Sequence record: MZ375255.1
Strand: one strand, 5' to 3'
Source of the DNA: Escherichia phage T7
DNA: 37,752 nucleotides
The notes under the pieces are model-generated. The model was given only the letters and a program-made list of their open reading frames with translations. It was not told where the DNA came from and did no database searches. Both the position numbers and the translations under genes were made by a program. This document shows, piece by piece, positions 9,118-19,973 of this stretch; position 1 is the stretch's first letter, and each line of letters starts with the position of its first letter.

Positions 9118-9537
9118 GTGGAACTGCGGGAGAAAATCCTTGAGCGAATCAAGGTGACTTCCTCTGGGTGTTGGGAGTGGCAGGGCGCTACGAACAATAA
9201 AGGGTACGGGCAGGTGTGGTGCAGCAATACCGGAAAGGTTGTCTACTGTCATCGCGTAATGTCTAATGCTCCGAAAGGTTCTACCGTCCTGCACTCCTGT
9301 GATAATCCATTATGTTGTAACCCTGAACACCGTTCCATAGGAACTCCAAAAGAGAACTCCACTGACATGGTAAATAAGGGTCGCTCACACAAGGGGTATA
9401 AACTTTCAGACGAAGACGTAATGGCAATCATGGAGTCCAGCGAGTCCAATGTATCCTTAGCTCGCACCTATGGTGTCTCCCAACAGACTATTTGTGATAT
9501 ACGCAAAGGGAGGCGACATGGCAGGTTACGGCGCTAA
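9118..9537 (+). CDS. 2.8: Gp2.8, HNH-motif protein, paralog of gp7.7 (139 aa, GTG start)
   Basis: GTG start directly after 2.5 stop; HSCDNPLCCNPEH motif; clear similarity to 17872..18264. Confidence 0.8.
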   Translation: MELREKILERIKVTSSGCWEWQGATNNKGYGQVWCSNTGKVVYCHRVMSNAPKGSTVLHSCDNPLCCNPEHRSIGTPKENSTDMVNKGRSHKGYKLSDEDVMAIMESSESNVSLARTYGVSQQTICDIRKGRRHGRLRR

Positions 9538-9985
9538 AGGAATCCGAAAGGTTGGAGCGTTTCGCTCTGGCCTAGAGGACAAGGTTTCAAAGCAGTTGGA
9601 ATCAAAAGGTATTAAATTCGAGTATGAAGAGTGGAAAGTGCCTTATGTAATTCCGGCGAGCAATCACACTTACACTCCAGACTTCTTACTTCCAAACGGT
9701 ATATTCGTTGAGACAAAGGGTCTGTGGGAAAGCGATGATAGAAAGAAGCACTTATTAATTAGGGAGCAGCACCCCGAGCTAGACATCCGTATTGTCTTCT
9801 CAAGCTCACGTACTAAGTTATACAAAGGTTCTCCAACGTCTTATGGAGAGTTCTGCGAAAAGCATGGTATTAAGTTCGCTGATAAACTGATACCTGCTGA
9901 GTGGATAAAGGAACCCAAGAAGGAGGTCCCCTTTGATAGATTAAAAGGAAAGGAGGAAAGAAATAATGGCTCGTGTACAGTTTAA
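9518..9985 (+). CDS. 3: Endonuclease I (Holliday junction resolvase), C-terminus altered by 1-nt frameshift (155 aa vs 149 aa native)
   Basis: MAGYGAKGIRKV...; ends ...DRLKGKEERNNGSCTV instead of ...DRLKRKGGKK; A4 run at 9943-9946. Confidence 0.85.
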   Translation: MAGYGAKGIRKVGAFRSGLEDKVSKQLESKGIKFEYEEWKVPYVIPASNHTYTPDFLLPNGIFVETKGLWESDDRKKHLLIREQHPELDIRIVFSSSRTKLYKGSPTSYGEFCEKHGIKFADKLIPAEWIKEPKKEVPFDRLKGKEERNNGSCTV

Positions 9986-10421
9986 ACAACGTGAATCTAC
10001 TGACGCAATCTTTGTTCACTGCTCGGCTACCAAGCCAAGTCAGAATGTTGGTGTCCGTGAGATTCGCCAGTGGCACAAAGAGCAGGGTTGGCTCGATGTG
10101 GGATACCACTTTATCATCAAGCGAGACGGTACTGTGGAGGCAGGACGAGATGAGATGGCTGTAGGCTCTCACGCTAAGGGTTACAACCACAACTCTATCG
10201 GCGTCTGCCTTGTTGGTGGTATCGACGATAAAGGTAAGTTCGACGCTAACTTTACGCCAGCCCAAATGCAATCCCTTCGCTCACTGCTTGTCACACTGCT
10301 GGCTAAGTACGAAGGCGCTGTGCTTCGCGCCCATCATGAGGTGGCGCCGAAGGCTTGCCCTTCGTTCGACCTTAAGCGTTGGTGGGAGAAGAACGAACTG
10401 GTCACTTCTGACCGTGGATAA
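9966..10421 (+). CDS. 3.5: T7 lysozyme (N-acetylmuramoyl-L-alanine amidase; T7 RNAP inhibitor), 151 aa
   Basis: MARVQFKQRESTDAIFVHCSATKPS...; 151 aa. Confidence 0.97.
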   Translation: MARVQFKQRESTDAIFVHCSATKPSQNVGVREIRQWHKEQGWLDVGYHFIIKRDGTVEAGRDEMAVGSHAKGYNHNSIGVCLVGGIDDKGKFDANFTPAQMQSLRSLLVTLLAKYEGAVLRAHHEVAPKACPSFDLKRWWEKNELVTSDRG

Positions 10422-12291
<1,870 letters not shown>

Positions 12292-12294
<3 letters not shown>

Positions 12295-12314
12295 TACGAC
12301 TCACTAAAGGAGAC
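12292..12314 (+). promoter_or_regulatory. T7 promoter phi4.3
   Basis: TAATACGACTCACTAAAGGAGAC. Confidence 0.9.
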
Positions 12315-12319
12315 ACACC

Positions 12320-12334
12320 AAATTCTTTGAGTAA
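12320..12334 (+). pseudogene. 4.3: Gene 4.3 remnant (last ~15 nt only; start codon and body deleted)
   Basis: phi4.3 followed after 5 nt by aaattctttgagtaa and then gene 4.5 RBS; no ORF present. Confidence 0.55.
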
Positions 12335-12353
12335 TCAAACAGGAGAAACCATT

Positions 12354-12623
12354 ATGTCTAACGTAGCTGAAACTATCCGTCTATCCGATACAGCTGACCA
12401 GTGGAACCGTCGAGTCCACATCAACGTTCGCAACGGTAAGGCGACTATGGTTTACCGCTGGAAGGACTCTAAGTCCTCTAAGAATCACACTCAGCGTATG
12501 ACGTTGACAGATGAGCAAGCACTGCGTCTGGTCAATGCGCTTACCAAAGCTGCCGTGACAGCAATTCATGAAGCTGGTCGCGTCAATGAAGCTATGGCTA
12601 TCCTCGACAAGATTGATAACTAA
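12354..12623 (+). CDS. 4.5: Gp4.5 (89 aa)
   Basis: MSNVAETIRLSDTADQWNRRVHINV...; RBS caggagaaacc. Confidence 0.85.
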   Translation: MSNVAETIRLSDTADQWNRRVHINVRNGKATMVYRWKDSKSSKNHTQRMTLTDEQALRLVNALTKAAVTAIHEAGRVNEAMAILDKIDN

Positions 12624-12667
12624 GAGTGGTATCCTCAAGGTCGCCAAAGTGGTGGCCTTCATGAATA
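12624..12667 (+). promoter_or_regulatory. RNase III site R4.7
   Basis: gagtggtatcctcaaggtcgccaaagtggtggccttcatga hairpin. Confidence 0.55.
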
Positions 12668-12690
12668 CTATTCGACTCACTATAGGAGAT
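12668..12690 (+). promoter_or_regulatory. T7 promoter phi4.7 (now directly upstream of gene 5)
   Basis: CTATTCGACTCACTATAGGAGAT. Confidence 0.8.
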
Positions 12691-12714
12691 ATTACCTCAA
12701 TAGGAGAAATCAAT

Positions 12715-14829
12715 ATGATCGTTTCTGACATCGAAGCTAACGCCCTCTTAGAGAGCGTCACTAAGTTCCACTGCGGGGTTATCTACGACTACTCCACCGC
12801 TGAGTACGTAAGCTACCGTCCGAGTGACTTCGGTGCGTATCTGGATGCGCTGGAAGCCGAGGTTGCACGAGGCGGTCTTATTGTGTTCCACAACGGTCAC
12901 AAGTATGACGTTCCTGCATTGACCAAACTGGCAAAGTTGCAATTGAACCGAGAGTTCCACCTTCCTCGTGAGAACTGTATTGACACCCTTGTGTTGTCAC
13001 GTTTGATTCATTCCAACCTCAAGGACACCGATATGGGTCTTCTGCGTTCCGGCAAGTTGCCCGGAAAACGCTTTGGGTCTCACGCTTTGGAGGCGTGGGG
13101 TTATCGCTTAGGCGAGATGAAGGGTGAATACAAAGACGACTTTAAGCGTATGCTTGAAGAGCAGGGTGAAGAATACGTTGACGGAATGGAGTGGTGGAAC
13201 TTCAACGAAGAGATGATGGACTATAACGTTCAGGACGTTGTGGTAACTAAAGCTCTCCTTGAGAAGCTACTCTCTGACAAACATTACTTCCCTCCTGAGA
13301 TTGACTTTACGGACGTAGGATACACTACGTTCTGGTCAGAATCCCTTGAGGCCGTTGACATTGAACATCGTGCTGCATGGCTGCTCGCTAAACAAGAGCG
13401 CAACGGGTTCCCGTTTGACACAAAAGCAATCGAAGAGTTGTACGTAGAGTTAGCTGCTCGCCGCTCTGAGTTGCTCCGTAAATTGACCGAAACGTTCGGC
13501 TCGTGGTATCAGCCTAAAGGTGGCACTGAGATGTTCTGCCATCCGCGAACAGGTAAGCCACTACCTAAATACCCTCGCATTAAGACACCTAAAGTTGGTG
13601 GTATCTTTAAGAAGCCTAAGAACAAGGCACAGCGAGAAGGCCGTGAGCCTTGCGAACTTGATACCCGCGAGTACGTTGCTGGTGCTCCTTACACCCCAGT
13701 TGAACATGTTGTGTTTAACCCTTCGTCTCGTGACCACATTCAGAAGAAACTCCAAGAGGCTGGGTGGGTCCCGACCAAGTACACCGATAAGGGTGCTCCT
13801 GTGGTGGACGATGAGGTACTCGAAGGAGTACGTGTAGATGACCCTGAGAAGCAAGCCGCTATCGACCTCATTAAAGAGTACTTGATGATTCAGAAGCGAA
13901 TCGGACAGTCTGCTGAGGGAGACACAGCATGGCTTCGTTATGTTGCTGAGGATGGTAAGATTCATGGTTCTGTTAACCCTAATGGAGCAGTTACGGGTCG
14001 TGCGACCCATGCGTTCCCAAACCTTGCGCAAATTCCGGGTGTACGTTCTCCTTATGGAGAGCAGTGTCGCGCTGCTTTTGGCGCTGAGCACCATTTGGAT
14101 GGGATAACTGGTAAGCCTTGGGTTCAGGCTGGCATCGACGCATCCGGTCTTGAGCTACGCTGCTTGGCTCACTTCATGGCTCGCTTTGATAACGGCGAGT
14201 ACGCTCACGAGATTCTTAACGGCGACATCCACACTAAGAACCAGATAGCTGCTGAACTACCTACCCGAGATAACGCTAAGACGTTCATCTATGGGTTCCT
14301 CTATGGTGCTGGTGATGAGAAGATTGGACAGATTGTTGGTGCTGGTAAAGAGCGCGGTAAGGAACTCAAGAAGAAATTCCTTGAGAACACCCCCGCGATT
14401 GCAGCACTCCGCGAGTCTATCCAACAGACACTTGTCGAGTCCTCTCAATGGGTAGCTGGTGAGCAACAAGTCAAGTGGAAACGCCGCTGGATTAAAGGTC
14501 TGGATGGTCGTAAGGTACACGTTCGTAGTCCTCACGCTGCCTTGAATACCCTACTGCAATCTGCTGGTGCTCTCATCTGCAAACTGTGGATTATCAAGAC
14601 CGAAGAGATGCTCGTAGAGAAAGGCTTGAAGCATGGCTGGGATGGGGACTTTGCGTACATGGCATGGGTACATGATGAAATCCAAGTAGGCTGCCGTACC
14701 GAAGAGATTGCTCAGGTGGTCATTGAGACCGCACAAGAAGCGATGCGCTGGGTTGGAGACCACTGGAACTTCCGGTGTCTTCTGGATACCGAAGGTAAGA
14801 TGGGTCCTAATTGGGCGATTTGCCACTGA
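12715..14829 (+). CDS. 5: DNA polymerase gp5 (704 aa)
   Basis: [12 protein letters not shown] (exo motif DxE), family A polymerase motifs; RBS aggagaaatcaat. Confidence 0.98.
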   Translation: MIVSDIEANALLESVTKFHCGVIYDYSTAEYVSYRPSDFGAYLDALEAEVARGGLIVFHNGHKYDVPALTKLAKLQLNREFHLPRENCIDTLVLSRLIHSNLKDTDMGLLRSGKLPGKRFGSHALEAWGYRLGEMKGEYKDDFKRMLEEQGEEYVDGMEWWNFNEEMMDYNVQDVVVTKALLEKLLSDKHYFPPEIDFTDVGYTTFWSESLEAVDIEHRAAWLLAKQERNGFPFDTKAIEELYVELAARRSELLRKLTETFGSWYQPKGGTEMFCHPRTGKPLPKYPRIKTPKVGGIFKKPKNKAQREGREPCELDTREYVAGAPYTPVEHVVFNPSSRDHIQKKLQEAGWVPTKYTDKGAPVVDDEVLEGVRVDDPEKQAAIDLIKEYLMIQKRIGQSAEGDTAWLRYVAEDGKIHGSVNPNGAVTGRATHAFPNLAQIPGVRSPYGEQCRAAFGAEHHLDGITGKPWVQAGIDASGLELRCLAHFMARFDNGEYAHEILNGDIHTKNQIAAELPTRDNAKTFIYGFLYGAGDEKIGQIVGAGKERGKELKKKFLENTPAIAALRESIQQTLVESSQWVAGEQQVKWKRRWIKGLDGRKVHVRSPHAALNTLLQSAGALICKLWIIKTEEMLVEKGLKHGWDGDFAYMAWVHDEIQVGCRTEEIAQVVIETAQEAMRWVGDHWNFRCLLDTEGKMGPNWAICH

Positions 14830-14844
14830 TACAGGAGGCTACTC

Positions 14845-14863
14845 CAAAGGCATAAAACTATAG
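14845..14863 (+). pseudogene. 5.3: Gene 5.3 remnant (last 19 nt incl. stop TAG; rest deleted)
   Basis: Only 45 nt separate gene 5 stop and gene 5.5 start; no ORF. Confidence 0.6.
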
Positions 14864-14874
14864 GAGAAATTATT

Positions 14875-15174
14875 ATGGCTATGACAAAGAAATTTAAAGT
14901 GTCCTTCGACGTTACCGCAAAGATGTCGTCTGACGTTCAGGCAATCTTAGAGAAAGATATGCTGCATCTATGTAAGCAGGTCGGCTCAGGTGCGATTGTC
15001 CCCAATGGTAAACAGAAGGAAATGATTGTCCAGTTCCTGACACACGGTATGGAAGGATTGATGACATTCGTAGTACGTACATCATTTCGTGAGGCCATTA
15101 AGGACATGCACGAAGAGTATGCAGATAAGGACTCTTTCAAACAATCTCCTGCAACAGTACGGGAGGTGTTCTGA
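14875..15174 (+). CDS. 5.5: Gp5.5, H-NS-binding protein (99 aa)
   Basis: MAMTKKFKVSFDVTAKMSSDVQAILEKDMLHLCKQVG...; 99 aa. Confidence 0.92.
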   Translation: MAMTKKFKVSFDVTAKMSSDVQAILEKDMLHLCKQVGSGAIVPNGKQKEMIVQFLTHGMEGLMTFVVRTSFREAIKDMHEEYADKDSFKQSPATVREVF

Positions 15175-15383
15175 TGTCTGACTACCTGAAAGTGCTGCAA
15201 GCAATCAAAAGTTGCCCTAAGACTTTCCAGTCCAACTATGTACGGAACAATGCGAGCCTCGTAGCGGAGGCCGCTTCCCGTGGTCACATCTCGTGCCTGA
15301 CTACTAGTGGACGTAACGGTGGCGCTTGGGAAATCACTGCTTCCGGTACTCGCTTTCTGAAACGAATGGGAGGATGTGTCTAA
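15174..15383 (+). CDS. 5.7: Gp5.7, inhibitor of host sigma-S (69 aa)
   Basis: MSDYLKVLQAIKSCPKTFQSNYVRNNASL...; overlaps 5.5 stop. Confidence 0.9.
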   Translation: MSDYLKVLQAIKSCPKTFQSNYVRNNASLVAEAASRGHISCLTTSGRNGGAWEITASGTRFLKRMGGCV

Positions 15384-15541
15384 TGTCTCGTGACCTTGTG
15401 ACTATTCCACGCGATGTGTGGAACGATATACAGGGCTACATCGACTCTCTGGAACGTGAGAACGATAGCCTTAAGAATCAACTAATGGAAGCTGACGAAT
15501 ACGTAGCGGAACTAGAGGAGAAACTTAATGGCACTTCTTGA
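15383..15541 (+). CDS. 5.9: Gp5.9, RecBCD inhibitor (52 aa)
   Basis: MSRDLVTIPRDVWNDIQGYIDSLERENDSLKNQLMEADEYVAELEEKLNGTS; acidic. Confidence 0.9.
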   Translation: MSRDLVTIPRDVWNDIQGYIDSLERENDSLKNQLMEADEYVAELEEKLNGTS

Positions 15542-16430
15542 CCTTAAACAATTCTATGAGTTACGTGAAGGCTGCGACGACAAGGGTATCCTTGTGATGG
15601 ACGGCGACTGGCTGGTCTTCCAAGCTATGAGTGCTGCTGAGTTTGATGCCTCTTGGGAGGAAGAGATTTGGCACCGATGCTGTGACCACGCTAAGGCCCG
15701 TCAGATTCTTGAGGATTCCATTAAGTCCTACGAGACCCGTAAGAAGGCTTGGGCAGGTGCTCCAATTGTCCTTGCGTTCACCGATAGTGTTAACTGGCGT
15801 AAAGAACTGGTTGACCCGAACTATAAGGCTAACCGTAAGGCCGTGAAGAAACCTGTAGGGTACTTTGAGTTCCTTGATGCTCTCTTTGAGCGCGAAGAGT
15901 TCTATTGCATCCGTGAGCCTATGCTTGAGGGTGATGACGTTATGGGAGTTATTGCTTCCAATCCGTCTGCCTTCGGTGCTCGTAAGGCTGTAATCATCTC
16001 TTGCGATAAGGACTTTAAGACCATCCCTAACTGTGACTTCCTGTGGTGTACCACTGGTAACATCCTGACTCAGACCGAAGAGTCCGCTGACTGGTGGCAC
16101 CTCTTCCAGACCATCAAGGGTGACATCACTGATGGTTACTCAGGGATTGCTGGATGGGGTGATACCGCCGAGGACTTCTTGAATAACCCGTTCATAACCG
16201 AGCCTAAAACGTCTGTGCTTAAGTCCGGTAAGAACAAAGGCCAAGAGGTTACTAAATGGGTTAAACGCGACCCTGAGCCTCATGAGACGCTTTGGGACTG
16301 CATTAAGTCCATTGGCGCGAAGGCTGGTATGACCGAAGAGGATATTATCAAGCAGGGCCAAATGGCTCGAATCCTACGGTTCAACGAGTACAACTTTATT
16401 GACAAGGAGATTTACCTGTGGAGACCGTAG
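15528..16430 (+). CDS. 6: 5'-3' exonuclease gp6 (300 aa)
   Basis: 300-aa ORF, FEN/5'-3' exonuclease family; overlaps 5.9 end. Confidence 0.95.
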   Translation: MALLDLKQFYELREGCDDKGILVMDGDWLVFQAMSAAEFDASWEEEIWHRCCDHAKARQILEDSIKSYETRKKAWAGAPIVLAFTDSVNWRKELVDPNYKANRKAVKKPVGYFEFLDALFEREEFYCIREPMLEGDDVMGVIASNPSAFGARKAVIISCDKDFKTIPNCDFLWCTTGNILTQTEESADWWHLFQTIKGDITDGYSGIAGWGDTAEDFLNNPFITEPKTSVLKSGKNKGQEVTKWVKRDPEPHETLWDCIKSIGAKAGMTEEDIIKQGQMARILRFNEYNFIDKEIYLWRP

Positions 16431-16530
16431 CGTATATTGGTCTGGGTCTTTGTGTTCTCGGAGTGTGCCTCATTTCGTGGGGCCTTTGGGACTTAGCCAG
16501 AATAATCAAGTCGTTACACGACACTAAGTG
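16418..16530 (+). pseudogene. 6.3: Gene 6.3 region with apparent frame discontinuity (GTG frame stops at 16502-16504; C-terminal coding continues in -1 frame to TGA 16528-16530)
   Basis: GTG-initiated hydrophobic peptide VETVAYIGLGLCVLGVCLISWGLWDLAR then stop; ...IIKSLHDTK* in adjacent frame. Confidence 0.45.
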
Positions 16531-16550
16531 ATAAACTCAAGGTCCCTAAA

Positions 16551-16573
16551 TTAATACGACTCACTATAGGGAG
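16551..16573 (+). promoter_or_regulatory. T7 class III promoter phi6.5
   Basis: TAATACGACTCACTATAGGGAGA. Confidence 0.95.
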
Positions 16574-16628
16574 ATAGGGGCCTTTACGATTATTACTTTA
16601 AGATTTAACTCTAAGAGGAATCTTTATT

Positions 16629-16883
16629 ATGTTAACACCTATTAACCAATTACTTAAGAACCCTAACGATATTCCAGATGTACCTCGTGCAACCGCTGAG
16701 TATCTACAGGTTCGATTCAACTATGCGTACCTCGAAGCGTCTGGTCATATAGGACTTATGCGTGCTAATGGTTGTAGTGAGGCCCACATCTTGGGTTTCA
16801 TTCAGGGCCTACAGTATGCCTCTAACGTCATTGACGAGATTGAGTTACGCAAGGAACAACTAAGAGATGATGGGGAGGATTGA
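16629..16883 (+). CDS. 6.5: Gp6.5 (84 aa)
   Basis: [27 protein letters not shown]...; RBS agaggaatc. Confidence 0.88.
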
Positions 16884-16887
16884 CACT

Positions 16888-17154
16888 ATGTGTTTCTCAC
16901 CGAAAATTAAAACTCCGAAGATGGATACCAATCAGATTCGAGCCGTTGAGCCAGCGCCTCTGACCCAAGAAGTGTCAAGCGTGGAGTTCGGTGGGTCTTC
17001 TGATGAGACGGATACCGAGGGCACCGAAGTGTCTGGACGCAAAGGCCTCAAGGTCGAACGTGATGATTCCGTAGCGAAGTCTAAAGCCAGCGGCAATGGC
17101 TCCGCTCGTATGAAATCTTCCATCCGTAAGTCCGCATTTGGAGGTAAGAAGTGA
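16888..17154 (+). CDS. 6.7: Gp6.7 head/ejected protein (88 aa)
   Basis: MCFSPKIKTPKMDTNQIRAVEPAPL...; 88 aa. Confidence 0.88.
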   Translation: MCFSPKIKTPKMDTNQIRAVEPAPLTQEVSSVEFGGSSDETDTEGTEVSGRKGLKVERDDSVAKSKASGNGSARMKSSIRKSAFGGKK

Positions 17155-17555
17155 TGTCTGAGTTCACATGTGTGGAGGCTAAGAGTCGCTTCCGTGCAAT
17201 CCGGTGGACTGTGGAACACCTTGGGTTGCCTAAAGGATTCGAAGGACACTTTGTGGGCTACAGCCTCTACGTAGACGAAGTGATGGACATGTCTGGTTGC
17301 CGTGAAGAGTACATTCTGGACTCTACCGGAAAACATGTAGCGTACTTCGCGTGGTGCGTAAGCTGTGACATTCACCACAAAGGAGACATTCTGGATGTAA
17401 CGTCCGTTGTCATTAATCCTGAGGCAGACTCTAAGGGCTTACAGCGATTCCTAGCGAAACGCTTTAAGTACCTTGCGGAACTCCACGATTGCGATTGGGT
17501 GTCTCGTTGTAAGCATGAAGGCGAGACAATGCGTGTATACTTTAAGGAGGTATAA
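17154..17555 (+). CDS. 7: Gp7 host-range/virion protein (133 aa)
   Basis: 133-aa ORF overlapping 6.7 stop (TGATG). Confidence 0.88.
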   Translation: MSEFTCVEAKSRFRAIRWTVEHLGLPKGFEGHFVGYSLYVDEVMDMSGCREEYILDSTGKHVAYFAWCVSCDIHHKGDILDVTSVVINPEADSKGLQRFLAKRFKYLAELHDCDWVSRCKHEGETMRVYFKEV

Positions 17556-17558
17556 GTT

Positions 17559-17858
17559 ATGGGTAAGAAAGTTAAGAAGGCCGTGAAGAAAGTCCCCAAG
17601 TCCGTTAAGAAAGTCGTTAAGGAAGGGGCTAGTCCGGTTAAACAGGTTGCTGGCGGTCTAGCTGGTCTGGCTGGTGGTACTGGTGAAGCACAGATGGTGG
17701 AAGTACCACAAGCTGCCGCACAGATTGTTGACGTACCTGAGAAAGAGGTTTCCACTGAGGACGAAGCACAGACAGAAAGCGGACGCAAGAAAGCTCGTGC
17801 TGGCGGTAAGAAATCCTTGAGTGTAGCCCGTAGCTCCGGTGGCGGTATCAACATTTAA
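17559..17858 (+). CDS. 7.3: Gp7.3 tail-associated protein (99 aa)
   Basis: MGKKVKKAVKKVPKSVKKVVKEG... lysine-rich 99-aa ORF. Confidence 0.9.
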   Translation: MGKKVKKAVKKVPKSVKKVVKEGASPVKQVAGGLAGLAGGTGEAQMVEVPQAAAQIVDVPEKEVSTEDEAQTESGRKKARAGGKKSLSVARSSGGGINI

Positions 17859-17871
17859 TCAGGAGGTTATC

Positions 17872-18264
17872 GTGGAAGACTGCATTGAATGGACCGGAGG
17901 TGTCAACTCTAAGGGTTATGGTCGTAAGTGGGTTAATGGTAAACTTGTGACTCCACATAGGCACATCTATGAGGAGACATATGGTCCAGTTCCAACAGGA
18001 ATTGTGGTGATGCATATCTGCGATAACCCTAGGTGCTATAACATAAAGCACCTTACGCTTGGAACTCCAAAGGATAATTCCGAGGACATGGTTACCAAAG
18101 GTAGACAGGCTAAAGGAGAGGAACTAAGCAAGAAACTTACAGAGTCAGACGTTCTCGCTATACGCTCTTCAACCTTAAGCCACCGCTCCTTAGGAGAACT
18201 GTATGGAGTCAGTCAATCAACCATAACGCGAATACTACAGCGTAAGACATGGAGACACATTTAA
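17872..18264 (+). CDS. 7.7: Gp7.7, HNH-motif protein, paralog of gp2.8 (130 aa, GTG start)
   Basis: RBS aggagg then GTG; HICDNPRCYNIKH motif; similarity to gp2.8. Confidence 0.8.
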   Translation: MEDCIEWTGGVNSKGYGRKWVNGKLVTPHRHIYEETYGPVPTGIVVMHICDNPRCYNIKHLTLGTPKDNSEDMVTKGRQAKGEELSKKLTESDVLAIRSSTLSHRSLGELYGVSQSTITRILQRKTWRHI

Positions 18265-19874
18265 TGGCTGAGAAACGAACAGGACTTGCGGAGGATGGCG
18301 CAAAGTCTGTCTATGAGCGTTTAAAGAACGACCGTGCTCCCTATGAGACACGCGCTCAGAATTGCGCTCAATATACCATCCCATCATTGTTCCCTAAGGA
18401 CTCCGATAACGCCTCTACAGATTATCAAACTCCGTGGCAAGCCGTGGGCGCTCGTGGTCTGAACAATCTAGCCTCTAAGCTCATGCTGGCTCTATTCCCT
18501 ATGCAGACTTGGATGCGACTTACTATATCTGAATATGAAGCAAAGCAGTTACTGAGCGACCCCGATGGACTCGCTAAGGTCGATGAGGGCCTCTCGATGG
18601 TAGAGCGTATCATCATGAACTACATTGAGTCTAACAGTTACCGCGTGACTCTCTTTGAGGCTCTCAAACAGTTAGTCGTAGCTGGTAACGTCCTGCTGTA
18701 CCTACCGGAACCGGAAGGGTCAAACTATAATCCCATGAAGCTGTACCGATTGTCTTCTTATGTGGTCCAACGAGACGCATTCGGCAACGTTCTGCAAATG
18801 GTGACTCGTGACCAGATAGCTTTTGGTGCTCTCCCTGAGGACATCCGTAAGGCTGTAGAAGGTCAAGGTGGTGAGAAGAAAGCTGATGAGACAATCGACG
18901 TGTACACTCACATCTATCTGGATGAGGACTCAGGTGAATACCTCCGATACGAAGAGGTCGAGGGTATGGAAGTCCAAGGCTCCGATGGGACTTATCCTAA
19001 AGAGGCTTGCCCATACATCCCGATTCGGATGGTCAGACTAGATGGTGAATCCTACGGTCGTTCGTACATTGAGGAATACTTAGGTGACTTACGGTCCCTT
19101 GAAAATCTCCAAGAGGCTATCGTCAAGATGTCCATGATTAGCTCTAAGGTTATCGGCTTAGTGAATCCTGCTGGTATCACCCAGCCACGCCGACTGACCA
19201 AAGCTCAGACTGGTGACTTCGTTACTGGTCGTCCAGAAGACATCTCGTTCCTCCAACTGGAGAAGCAAGCAGACTTTACTGTAGCTAAAGCCGTAAGTGA
19301 CGCTATCGAGGCTCGCCTTTCGTTTGCCTTTATGTTGAACTCTGCGGTTCAGCGTACAGGTGAACGTGTGACCGCCGAAGAGATTCGGTATGTAGCTTCT
19401 GAACTTGAAGATACTTTAGGTGGTGTCTACTCTATCCTTTCTCAAGAATTACAATTGCCTCTGGTACGAGTGCTCTTGAAGCAACTACAAGCCACGCAAC
19501 AGATTCCTGAGTTACCTAAGGAAGCCGTAGAGCCAACCATTAGTACAGGTCTGGAAGCAATTGGTCGAGGACAAGACCTTGATAAGCTGGAGCGGTGTGT
19601 CACTGCGTGGGCTGCACTGGCACCTATGCGGGACGACCCTGATATTAACCTTGCGATGATTAAGTTACGTATTGCCAACGCTATCGGTATTGACACTTCT
19701 GGTATTCTACTCACCGAAGAACAGAAGCAACAGAAGATGGCCCAACAGTCTATGCAAATGGGTATGGATAATGGTGCTGCTGCGCTGGCTCAAGGTATGG
19801 CTGCACAAGCTACAGCTTCACCTGAGGCTATGGCTGCTGCCGCTGATTCCGTAGGTTTACAGCCGGGAATTTAA
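18264..19874 (+). CDS. 8: Portal (head-tail connector) protein gp8 (536 aa)
   Basis: MAEKRTGLAEDGAKSVYERLKNDRAPYETRAQNCAQYTIPSLFP...; 536 aa. Confidence 0.97.
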   Translation: MAEKRTGLAEDGAKSVYERLKNDRAPYETRAQNCAQYTIPSLFPKDSDNASTDYQTPWQAVGARGLNNLASKLMLALFPMQTWMRLTISEYEAKQLLSDPDGLAKVDEGLSMVERIIMNYIESNSYRVTLFEALKQLVVAGNVLLYLPEPEGSNYNPMKLYRLSSYVVQRDAFGNVLQMVTRDQIAFGALPEDIRKAVEGQGGEKKADETIDVYTHIYLDEDSGEYLRYEEVEGMEVQGSDGTYPKEACPYIPIRMVRLDGESYGRSYIEEYLGDLRSLENLQEAIVKMSMISSKVIGLVNPAGITQPRRLTKAQTGDFVTGRPEDISFLQLEKQADFTVAKAVSDAIEARLSFAFMLNSAVQRTGERVTAEEIRYVASELEDTLGGVYSILSQELQLPLVRVLLKQLQATQQIPELPKEAVEPTISTGLEAIGRGQDLDKLERCVTAWAALAPMRDDPDINLAMIKLRIANAIGIDTSGILLTEEQKQQKMAQQSMQMGMDNGAAALAQGMAAQATASPEAMAAAADSVGLQPGI

Positions 19875-19894
19875 TACGACTCACTATAGGGAGA
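19872..19894 (+). promoter_or_regulatory. T7 class III promoter phi9
   Basis: TAATACGACTCACTATAGGGAGA. Confidence 0.95.
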
Positions 19895-19973
19895 CCTCAT
19901 CTTTGAAATGAGCGATGACAAGAGGTTGGAGTCCTCGGTCTTCCTGTAGTTCAACTTTAAGGAGACAATAATA

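Noticed and set aside
12568-14829. N-terminally extended ORFs in the six-frame track (753-aa gene 5 from 12568, 98-aa gene 1.2 from 5515, 171-aa gene 3 from 9470, 72-aa gene 2 from 8135)
   Set aside because: Extensions come from upstream alternative start codons without RBS; canonical ATG starts with Shine-Dalgarno sequences and T7-matching lengths were used instead.
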